Shown piece after piece: positions 1-11,391 of a DNA stretch of 64,000 nt (positions within the stretch are counted from its first letter, which is position 1; each line of letters begins with the position of its first letter). The DNA is from Balanoglossus misakiensis (taxonomy: Eukaryota; Animalia; Hemichordata): the NCBI GenBank assembly GCA_040954595.2, contig CM082585.2, forward strand, positions 3,874,902 to 3,938,901, read 5' to 3'. Under the pieces are notes generated by a model, which was not told where the DNA came from, did not search any database, and saw nothing but the letters and a program-made list of their open reading frames with translations. The translations under genes were made by a program, and so were the position numbers.

Positions 1-19
1 CACTTCTTGTATTTTATTA

Positions 20-279
20 CGTGTTGTGTTGTATCGTATTGTATTGTACTGTACTGTATTGTGTTGTACTGTATCGTAAATCGTTGTATGTGTTGTTGTG
101 TTGTGTTGTGTTGTGTTGTGTTGTGTTGTGTTGTGTTGTGTTGTGTTGTGTTGTGTTGTGTTGTGTTGTGTTGTGTTGAGTTGTGTTGTGTTGTGTTGTG
201 TTGTGTTGTGTTGTGTTGTGTTGTGTTGTGTTGTGTTGTGTTGTGTTGTGTTGTGTTGTGTTGTGATGTGTTGAGTTGT
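20..279. repeat. (TTGTG)n pentanucleotide microsatellite with degenerate (TTGTA) 5' part
   Basis: Direct reading; explains ORFs 7..378 and 17..307. Confidence 0.97.
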
Positions 280-1530
280 AATAGACTAGATTGCCTTCAC
301 CACACACAATGCGTTAGATCGCATAACCTTTTAGGCCAAATTGCCAAAAACGTATATATTCGACGCGAGCATAGCTAAGAAAATACACCTCCCAGGAAAA
401 AAAATCTCGAATGTGTGCGATTTCTGTCATAAATAAACATTTCTTACAATATGAAAAAGGCAGCATTTACAGAATTTTGGGGTGGGGGTTTCATATTCTT
501 TGACAAAAATTGATTAGAACATACATACTTCGAAAGCTTTATGTGTGACAAGTCAATTATTACGTCAACCATGACGCGTATACGTGATCTCATCCGCACT
601 CATTCTGCATGGTGGCTAAATGCATGACACGTATTTTATGTCACCGCCTCTGAAATGTGGACTGCGCTACATTGACAGTCATGTGTAGTGATCTGCACTG
701 GGTCTCACAAATACAATACAGTCGTCTGAGTTTTGACCTTCCCCACAATACTGTGGCATGGTGCGGTCGGGGACATTTTAAGCAATACAATGGCACTCTA
801 TGCCCTCCAGCGGCGGCGTATTTTACTTACGCGGTATGTGACAGCACATAAGGGAATACCGCGCAAGTAAAAGACGTCGCCGACGTCTGATTTTAATCAA
901 ATCGCATGGACACGAGACTGATGACGTTTTTCAAGTAGTCTTTTTCGGCGATCATGTTTTCTCAGATAGTCCAATTAACGACAAGATATGGTGGAAGCAT
1001 CGGCCCCTATTCTTCTTGGACTGCTGGTTATTATTTCAACTAGTATGAAATGTGATGCCAAGCTTGAAAAGAAAGGTAAGAATGTTGTGTCACCCTCGTA
1101 ATAAAAACAAGTCAGTGACGTCACGATACTGTGCGTTTCGACTTCCGACACCACCAAAATCAAGGACATGTTACACCCCCCCCCCCAATCCATCCCCTCA
1201 GTCCCAGACAGCTGACAAACGGCCCGGCATTCACGTTCAAAACAACGAATTCTTTGGCACCAATGGACTCCGTCTTGACGATACGTTCATCTGTCGATTT
1301 TAGTGAGAAGAACTATTAAATGGACTTTATAGCTACGCTTCAACCTTTTCAATCACTATGTTAAATATAAACCTGGTGGACTGGCATCTATATTTACATT
1401 CAGTGTCTGGTGCACGGAACCTTCAATATGGTTATTCTCCCGCTTGGTGTAGTACAGTATTCCTGCAAAATATTGCGACAGTAACTAATTATAGTTGTTG
1501 TTGTTTTTATTTTCTTTATGCGTGATACAG

Positions 1531-4500
1531 GTTGCGAGCCTAGGTGGGACAGTTTTAAGGATAAATGTTACTACGCGTACAAGTTTCCGCTGTATACCTA
1601 CGACGAAGCAAGAACGCTGTGTATTGCAATGGGCAGTGCATTGGCGAAAATAAACGACTTTGAAGAAGACTTGTATTTGAAAGGTGGCTTACCATGTCAT
1701 ATGAAGAAAATTGATTTTGTCTTTTATCTCCATACAAAAGCAAATTATTCAGCGTGAACATGACAAAAATACGTGTTAATCAAATATTTTTCTCCGCCAA
1801 AAGAGCTTCGCCATCCAATGTTGACAATTCTTTACCAGTCAAGTAAACTCAGATCTGGGTAGTCCAACTGTCTACTTGACAACGAGTACACTATTTAGGG
1901 ACACTTTAACTTTTCGAAATCCAATATCTTTTACCGGTGCAGGGTATACAGAAGACGAAGTTAATCTGTGGCTGGGTGCAAACAATCGTGAAAATGAGGG
2001 AATTTGGAAATGGGAGGATAACACCTTGGTGAGTCCTTTGATTAAAGATGGATTATTTTCCACTTGCCTCGATTCTACATGTCGGTGAGGTTAAAGGTCA
2101 CAATGTACACCGTCATTTGCTCACAACACCGATGTACATAGCCATGTCGAGAACTTTAAAGGAACACATCCGAGTGTGTTGTGTGCATACAATACCATTA
2201 TCTTCCTCTATTCGGGACATAAAGAAATGAACAAAACCGTTATGAATTTTATACCAAAGCAATACATATAACGTAAAACACAGACAGACAGACAGACAGA
2301 CCAAACAAAAACAAGTAAACGAACAACATACACACACAACTAATGATGTATACAGGTCCCAATTCCTGAATTCGTCTTGTAGAGACTGGTTACTCTATCG
2401 TTAAATTCAAGACAAAATATCCCTCTCAATTCTTTGGTAGATGACGTACACTAATTGGAAAAGCGGCCATCCAAGGAACAGTGTCGAACATTGCTTGCAT
2501 TACCACGACGTATGGCATGCGAAATGGAACGATGGTCAATGTGACAATCTCATGGGGTTCATCTGCGAAAAAGAAACACGTAAGTATTGAACTCAAAAAT
2601 GCTACGCAAAGCTCTCCATTTTTTCATAGATGTTTCCGTTGTGCTTTCCAATACTACACAACAGTAGTCTTTACGCGCTCTGATACACACTGAATCGCTA
2701 TTTGAGTGGAACAAATGACGCAGTTTTAGGCAAAAAGTAGTACAATTTGCTGACTGGTTATTGTATGACGAGCACCAATACTATCATTCAATGGTAACAT
2801 TCACTTTGCTATGATTAACATGTGTAACGCCAGACTTTGGTGAATTCCAATATATTTATGCATGTAATATCAATACAAACAGAAAAAAATGGAACCAACC
2901 CTAAAATCTGTCTGACACTTTGCACAAATGACAAAGTTGTAAAGATGCAGTATATGTTGACTGACAAAAAGATACATCCACCCAAAAAATTGCATTTCCA
3001 GTTTGGACAGCTGGTGATTTGGTCTGCGCAATCTCCGCTGTTGGATTAGAGAGTGGCGATATACCGAACTCACAGATAACAGCCAGTAGTACATGGAGTC
3101 ACGACTACCGGACCTACTACGGGAGACTGAACTACGTGGGTCGCACGGATTCTTGGCGGCCCGTGAGTAACAACGAACAGTGGCTGCAAGTTGATCTTGG
3201 TTACGAGAGACACGTGGCAAGAGTGGCGACCCAAGTGAGTCATGAATAAATACTTTATTTCACCATATGCTTCACGTTACAAACGTTAACAAACATAAAA
3301 GAAAGTGTATTACTGAAATTGTACATTGTCAAAAAAGACTACTGACTCGTGGGGACCATGAACATAGTCGAAAACGACATGGTCCTGTAAACATTAGTGA
3401 TTTTTCAGAGAAGACTTGGGGGAGGGAAGCATACAATGCATCTGGTACACGTCCAGTTGCAGTCAAAATGCAGTCACAGGAAACAGAAACATCACTGACA
3501 TCTTGGGTTCTGGTGTCATGAAACTTCCATACATGTATGTAGAGGATCGAGACCATCTTTTTACGGCCAAGGTTAAAAATGAAGAACAAGCGATTGTTGG
3601 AATCTGCAGAATTGCCCCATTTTCTTTTAGGGAGACCACTTTTCGAAGAGTGGCAACAGCTAATAATTGGCGCCCTCATAATGTGTAAAGGAAATTGTGT
3701 TCCATGTGATATCATATAAACTCCAAAGGCACAAGGTGATTATTTAAGGGTCATGTGAGAAATAATTCGTGATGCTCTTGGGCCTCACATTCAATGAATT
3801 CCACGTTACTTATAACCATAACACATAAATGCCTTATTTGGTATTATAGGGACTTTCCTACTGCTGTGACCAATGGGTGAAGACGTATCATTTAAAATAC
3901 TACGACGACAGTGAATGGAAATATGTTGCTAACGATAAACACTCACCAATGGTAAGTGTTCGGGTCGTCCACACAAGTAAACATGCTTTTGCTTGGGAAA
4001 ATGTGTCTTCATAAAACCCATTTTTCACACTCGCTGACGATTTCTGAACTGTAGAAGATCGAAGATGGTCATTTTCAAGATTTATGAAAATCCTTTTCTA
4101 TCGTGAAAGCAAAGTCTAATATCTTATTCATACATGCTCTTTTCTTGTTATTTTCTGTAAGCCGAAATGAGGAATGCGTATACATGTACACCCGTTTCAT
4201 TATTCTAGCGCCCCACGCAGCGATCATGAATTCGAACTCAAAGCGAGGCCAAAAGGAAGAATCATATCAAAGATGTTTCTCTCATTGGCATCGCTTTGAG
4301 TTCAAATTCATGATGGCTGTGTGAGGGCGCTAGCCTTATGAAAAGCGTGTATTGAAAGCATCATCTATCACTGAAATTTTATGCATCACAAAGTAGGACA
4401 TAGATTTGTGTTGGCTTGTAACACTTGGCATATCGTCACGGTTGCTGAACACGGTGAAAGGGACACAATTGCTAAATCTCTAAAACTGAGTGTTGTTTTC

Positions 4501-4655
4501 CCCCTTTTCAGACATTTCAAGGGAATTCCGACAGGAACACGATCGTCTACCACAACTTGGGCGAAAACTCGTTCATCAGTCAGTTTGTCCGATTTTGTCC
4601 TCTGACATGGAATGGCCACATTGCGTTGAGAGTTGAGGTCTACGAATGTAAATAG
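1531..4655 (+). CDS. C-type lectin domain + F5/8 type C (discoidin/FA58C) domain protein, copy 1; 5' (start/signal) exon not identified
   Basis: Exons 1531-1683, 1943-2028, 2441-2579, 3011-3234, 3850-3951, 4512-4655, all AG/GT bounded with compatible phases (1,0,1,0,0). CTLD motifs CEPRWDSFKDKCY, LWLGAN, WKWED, YTNW, WNDGQC, FICEK; FA58C motifs GLESGDIP-SQITASS, GRLN, QWLQVDLG, VATQG, WVKTY, FQGNSD, ALRVEVYEC*. Confidence 0.9.
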
Positions 4656-5290
4656 AACCACGGGATGCTCTGTTCCTGAAGAATATCGAACCTCTAAATT
4701 CTATGTGCTTTGCTAATTTCTGATATTGCAGCAGTTTATTGCACTCTATTTTATTGCAATTATTTTACAAGGTTCCCGGGATTCAAATTGTACAAACTCT
4801 ATCAAAAACCACTTACTCGGGACTTGCCCAAGTATGTAGTCCCAGTTGTGCCATAAGTTCAACATATTTTGTCTTGCAAGCTTCCCATTGTATATCATTA
4901 CTTGTTCAGAGAATACAACTAGCTGACTCATTACACTGAGGTATTATAATGGAATTATAATCGCAGATTAGCAAAAAATTACTGTTCGTTACGTAAGAGA
5001 ATTCCTTTTAGCGCTTTCTGGCGCTGACAGGTGTAAACTGCGTATATATTGAGGGAGATTTTTCTTTGTTTTCAGTCTCGGTTGTAACTCCACGATGTCA
5101 CTGCAGCATTTTTACATTTTGAATTGTATATGTACATGTACTAGTGTTTGTAATTCGGTTTCTTTCGACAATACTTTGTATAGTTGCGATTAACACAGAA
5201 GGTTTTGAGGTACACGAGACGCTTGTGGGGTCCGACAACCACGGCATACTATCTGTTGTGTCTATATTTTGATGTGTATTTCTCGATTAA

Positions 5291-5990
5291 GGTGGCATTG
5301 CACGAAACCGTCGAGACTTTTTCAGAGGCCTATTTCTCATCTAAGACAACATTAAAACCCCCATAAACCATACATATTCTGGAAGCTGAGTTTTTGAACT
5401 TTTTTTGAGTTGCACATTTTATTAACCCCCTGAAATGGGGGCGTTTTGGGGTTAATTTTTTTTATATTATGTCATTCAATAGAAATTAGGTAAAAAAGTT
5501 GACCATGCATCATGCATCTTAATATGTCATTCGAAATTAGAGTACACGTGCAAAAAAAATTGTTTTGCGTTATCTGCTTCCATTGAGGAGTAACAGCGTT
5601 TGAAAGTTAGGTGTTTTGAAAATTTGATCAAATTCACGATGAGTTGTATTGAATCAGAGTTTATTCCCGCCAGAGACACTTTATCGACTAAAAACTTTTT
5701 CGTATTGTTCGATGGGTCATACACAATCCCCTGTTAAAAATTGAGCAAATTCGGCCAACTCTGAAGTTGTCAAAACCAGCGAAAATGCAAACTGAGAAAA
5801 AACGGCCATTTGCATTGTTGACACCTATTTCTTAAGCTGTGGACTAATTCAGAAAAGTGCTATTTTTGGGTGATTATGCACCATTTCCGCCAAGACGCAT
5901 TAGTCAGAATGTGGATCAGTATTAGACCTACCGATTTATGTAAAAAAAAAAAAAATTGGCAAAAATCAAAACTTTTCATGCAATGCCACC
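5291..5990. mobile_element. Non-autonomous DNA transposon, Kolobok-like (TTAA TSD, GG...CC ends)
   Basis: TTAA|GGTGGCATTGCA ... TGCAATGCCACC|TTAA; 700 bp, no coding capacity. Confidence 0.8.
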
Positions 5991-7359
5991 TTAAATTGTA
6001 TATTTTTAAAGCACGGTTTTCTTTTATGTACTGTAAGCATCCCAAACCCTAATAACTAGTAATCTGCAACTGGATATGTAAAGTAAACATTCATTTACGG
6101 TCGAAGTATTCTCGACAAACTTTCGCAAATTTCAGATTCGGAGATTCACTCATGTTCGTAGTTCAGCCTTATAAGGTTTATCTGCACACGAAATTAGAAA
6201 AAAAATGTGTATGTTGGCAATGCTAAAGAAAACTCAAATGTTATATGGTAACATTTGACGACAGAGATACTAATCTTTGTATTGTATTGTACACAGACAT
6301 ATCTTTCCTCCAACAAACTGCCTGCATTTTCTGACAAAACGTCTTCATGTATTGAAACGTACATAGCGCCACCAACGCCAGAAATTTGAAGTACTTGTGT
6401 TATGTTGTAGTTGTTTACCCAGACCATTGCTAAGCCGTTTGTATTGGTTGGATTGTATTAATGACACTTTACAGATTTTGTCAATAAATTTCAAACTTGT
6501 ATACTGAGCTTTTGTACTTGGTGATGCATTTCTAAAGTAACCAGGCCATGCTGGATGAAACATGCATCAGACAAATATGAACATTGAAAGCTGTCTGAAC
6601 CGAACCCTGTCTGATCTGGTACCCTGTTAGACTTGCTCCAAGTCTATGAGCTTCATTATGCGTAGGGAACGCGTCGGCTTGGTCGACGCTACCCGAAACC
6701 CCAAGCTCAGTCCCAAATTCGAAACTCACCTCACTACCAAAAACACGCTCAAGGCAAGCATGCACGCAAAAAAGTATTGAAATGATTTATTAAGACAAAA
6801 AACCACCGAAAACACAAAAAGTATTGATATTTAAAAATCACCAAGCGACTAGTGAGCTAGTCTAGCACCATGTCTATACCGAGCACCCCTTCCAGTCCCC
6901 TTCACATAAAACCATATGTTAAATGAATATATGTAAACCAGACACCTCTGCACACCGAGCATCATTTTAGCGCAGGTGTAACTGGGATGGGAGTATTATC
7001 CCGCTGAGTGTAAACACTGCGAACATCAGTATTGGGCAGGAATTCTATCGTAATGAATATTCGTGAGAGACGTGTTCTGTTCATTTCGCTTGGGCCCAAA
7101 ATGGACCCGGTGTTCGCGCGCATTTCAATGTTGGCATCGTCGGTGTCATCGGGCAGTTTGGTGAAATGAGCTAACGGATTCAGCTAAGCTTTGTTCATAT
7201 TTTCTCCACTTTACCCTTGAGTAGTTTACCTTCAGACCAACCCGTATATAAGAAGTAGTAATATTTCGAACATGCGCCTGAATAACTTTGATTTCATGTT
7301 ACCTTCCCCATTCATGATTTGACACTTTCAGTGATTATTATGCTAAGTTTAAACCTGAA

Positions 7360-7520
7360 TGATATTATAGATTTATCAATACCAGTGAATTTTGTGACGT
7401 CATCGCTGTACTGATAATGTATCATATTATTACGAGGACGAGCGAGTTTCTGAGTGATATATATTACCGGAGGTTTTCGAGTAATGGGAAATATTTTAGG
7501 CATAAAAGAAATGCAAACTT
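7360..7520 (-). mobile_element. Fragment of the distal end of palindrome-capped element A
   Basis: Reverse complement resembles ~10930-11113 (tattatagatttatcaataccagtgaattt...). Confidence 0.7.
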
Positions 7521-7735
7521 ACGCAGATTAACTTCCCAAAGCATCGCCTGTACTTTTTCTGTTAAAAACTTCAGCCTTATATTGGTAGACAGTCATCGTA
7601 TGTTCATGGAACCTATGATTTAGGCTAATCTCCCGCTTGGTGTTTACAGTAGAGCACTATTCCTGCAGTATTTTGCAACAGTAAGTGTATTGTTGTTGTT
7701 GTTTGTTTGTTTTTACACTTCTGTGCGTAATACAG

Positions 7736-9666
7736 GTTGCGAGCCTGGATGGGACAGTTTTAAGGATAAATGTTACTACGCGTACAAGTTTCAGTTGTAT
7801 ACCTACGATAGAGCAAAGACGCTGTGTATTGCAATGGGAGGTGCATTGGCGAAGATAAACGACGTCGAAGAAGACTTGTATTTGACAGGTTTGTGAACTG
7901 TCAGACGAATAACATTGAGTTGGTTATTTATTTCCATACAAAAAGCAAATTATTCGGCATGAATATTGACAAAAACCTGTGTTAATCATAATTTGTTTTT
8001 CTCCGCCAATTTGAGAAAAACCTTCGCTATCAAATTTTAACGTTTCTTCTTTAGTCAAGTACACACAGATCTGGGTAGTCCACCTACCAGTATTTGGCAA
8101 CGAGTACATTTATTGGAGGAAATTGAACCTTTGAATGAATTCTCTTTTACCGGGGCAGGGTATACAGAAGGCAAAGTTAATCTGTGGCTGGGTGCAAACG
8201 ATCGTGAAAATGAGGGAATTTGGAAATGGGAAGACAAGACCTTGGTGAGACTTTGTGCTAGCGTACGGTAATACAATGTATTCAACTGTGGCTTGACCGT
8301 GCAATATCCATGGTGATGTAAACGCTATGATTACGTGTACAGTGTTCATTTGAGGCAATCAAGTGCATAGGGTTACCGGGATTGGAAATAGCACGCACCC
8401 CTTTTCAAGTCCTGAATTTGTCCAGTAGAGACTGATTGCCCTATCATTTAATCTGCACAAAATATCCGTCTCAATTCTTTGGCAGATGACGTACACTAAT
8501 TGGCAAACCGGCCAACCAAACAACTTCGAACATTGTTTGTATTTCCACGACGTATGGCATGGGAAATGGGACGATGGACAATGCGACAATCACATGGGGT
8601 TCATCTGCGAAAAAGAACTAGCTAAGGTAAATAAAGTTTGATTTGTCAGTATTTCGGCGCATGTAGACTTAGTTAGTGTGTGATGCGAGAAATTAGAGAA
8701 TTTCAAATTATAAGACCGAATTCAATGCACGGACAACTGGAACTAAGCAAAACCTGTCTTAGACACAATGGACAAATGACAATGTTCTCAAATGACAATG
8801 TTCTACATTGTATTAATGCAATCTACGTTCACTGAAAAAACTGCATTCAGCCAAAGAGCGTTTCTATCAGTTTGGTCACATTATTAAAGCCTTATTTCAG
8901 CTTCATTTACAACGATTGTTTACCAGCAGGTGATTCAGCATGCGCAGTCACCCCTGTTGGGTTAGAGAGTGGTGACATACCGGACTCACATATAACAGCC
9001 AGTAGCAACCATGATCACAACCACATGTCCCATCAAGGGAGACTGAACTACGCTGAGCCCGGCAAATCGCATGCATGGTGTGCCTTGCAGAATATCCCCG
9101 GGCAGTGGCTGCAAGTTGACCTTGGCTACGAGAGACTGGTAACGAAAGTGGCGACCCAGGTGAGTCATTGACATGAATTGAACAGTGACGAACATGGGAT
9201 GTGTCTGTCTGTCTGTCTGTCTACTTATCTATCTATCTATCTATCTATCGGTCTGTCTGTCTGAAATATAAGTCGTACAGATAGGTCAACGTGAATCAAG
9301 TTGTATTGTACAGGGAGAGAGAGAGAGACAGATGGGATAGGCCGAGGATTGCTGGAAAGATAATTTTTCCATCCTGTGAAAAGCTTAAGAGTAGCTTGTG
9401 AATGGCGCCCTTGTTGCTTGTAAAATGACATTTTGTTCCATATGCCAACGCATAAACTTAAAAGTCACGTGAGAAATCATTCGTGGTGTTCTGTTTTGAC
9501 TCACATTCGATGCACCCCGCGTTACTTTAACCATAACACACAAATGCATTATTTGGTACTATAGGGGCGTGTCAGTTGCTGTGACCAATGGGTGAAGACG
9601 TATCATTTAAAATACTACGACGACAGTGAATGGAAATATGTCGATGACGAAAATCATTCACCTATG
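7736..9666 (+). CDS. C-type lectin + FA58C protein, copy 2 (possibly truncated or pseudogenising)
   Basis: Exons 7736-7888, 8159-8244, 8486-8626, ~8927-9159, 9565-9666 are paralogous to copy 1 (exons 1, 2 and 5 are identical in length). The exon 3 donor is phase 0 versus phase 1 in copy 1, and no intact last exon was found. Confidence 0.78.
9204..9262. repeat. (TCTG)n/(TCTA)n microsatellite in intron
   Basis: Direct reading. Confidence 0.9.
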
Positions 9667-10104
9667 GTAAGTGTTCTAGCCGTCCGCAGCGTATAACGTG
9701 AAATTGAAACATGTCTTCAACTTTCTCTCATCTTCAGAAAGTAGGTTGTCTCAAACTCACTGACAATGTCTTAACTATGCAAGATGCAGGCTTGTCAAAC
9801 ACCATTTTCACTAGTATAGCGCCCCCACGTAGCCATCGTGAATATGAACTCAAAACGAGGCAAACGGGGAATTACCAATCACATCACGTCTTTCACAGGC
9901 TTCTTTATGACCCCGTACCTGTTGGGCATCACTATTTTGTCTGGTATCAATGCTCCATCTAAGTCAGATTAAGTGTCCCCATGTATGGATCATCATCAGT
10001 TAGTGTCCTGCAATAAATGATCAATAACTATAAACATGCACCTTGTTCATACACTGTGGATCATCACGACTAATAGCAACTATTATGGGTACACTGTTCG
10101 GCAA

Positions 10105-11113
10105 TTACTTAGAGAATAATGAACGCCCCAAAGACCCATAATGGACGAAAGCACACATTGTGCGTCATAATATACGAGGCGAAGCCGAGTATATTATGGA
10201 GCACAATGTGTGCTTGAGTCCATTATGGGTCTTTGGGGCGTTCATTATTCTCATTATTTTATAGTTTTGTCAATGCCAGTGAATTTGCAGACTTCAAAAA
10301 GTATAGGTGCGAACAATTCAGAGTCGGACACTGAGATCGAGAACAGAGCAATGGCGTACGCGTAAACAAAAGGTCACCTGATCGTGGTGTGTCAGTGTAC
10401 TGTACATTTCTAGTATCATATTCAAACATCAGGAAATAAATAATGAAGGTTTATTTACGCATGTGAAAATTCATTTAAGGGTTCTGCTGAAATATGTCTG
10501 AAAAAGTTTCGATTTTTGTGTAATCTTGGGGAGGACTCGGGGAATATTTGAATTCGTTTGCGTTCTCAGGAAAGTTCACGTATACGGGCGCTCGGAAGGT
10601 TGCAATACATAAACAAACTCGCCCTCGATCGACCCTCCGTACCGCGTAGACAACATGACAAGTGACACTTGCGGCATATTACGTATAGCTTCGTTGACAT
10701 GACTGCTTGGTACATGGTACACGGTATGTATGGTGAACGAATGTCAAATCCAGCATCATGGAGAGATTTGCTTTACGTGCGTGAGCGAGCTATGTTGACT
10801 GCGCGTGATTCAAGAGCAGACGACATGTACTGCAGCCGTAGGAAGAAAAAATAAACAAAACACCAGTCGAGGACAGATTTGGAAATTAATACCCCAGTAA
10901 ATATCGCCGTATTTGTTCTGTGTACGTTTGCTTTTCTTTTTTAGCCCTTAAAATGTTCGCATTGTTTGAAATCCTCCGTTATTCAGTCGGAAATTGTACA
11001 CGTCCAATGGTTCTTGGGCGCGTCGCGCGTCCATCGAATAACACGATACATTATCAGTAATAATGTATAGCTATGACGTCATAAAATTCACTGGTATTGA
11101 TAAAGCTATAATA
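10105..11113 (+). mobile_element. Palindrome-capped non-autonomous element A
   Basis: Palindrome 10112-10252 with GCGAAGC tip, then ~30-bp inverted repeats (10255-10287 / 11084-11113) bracketing the body; further copies at ~30750-31475 and 7360-7520. Confidence 0.8.
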
Positions 11114-11391
11114 TAATTCCTGGTAATGGATCATTTTGTTTGCTGTGAACATCACTACTGAAACTAATCTTCAAATACCTGAAATACAAAAAAAGAAAAC
11201 AACGTTATGTTTCCATATAAAATAGCATTGCAAAATCAGGATACTTACAGAACTTCACACTATCTGCTCCAATTGCAGATATTTCCAAGGAAACAGCATT
11301 TTTCTGATTCAATTCCTAAGTATCTACCATACCTTGCAAGTAGTTGAAAATCCCGAGAACTGCACATACTCGACATGTCATGAAAAACAGC

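Noticed and set aside
7-378. Cys-rich ORF resembling metallothionein
   Set aside because: Translation of (TTGTG)n.
600-1530. Signal-peptide/start exon for lectin copy 1
   Set aside because: No ATG-initiated hydrophobic exon with a phase 1 donor found by eye; it may lie outside the window.
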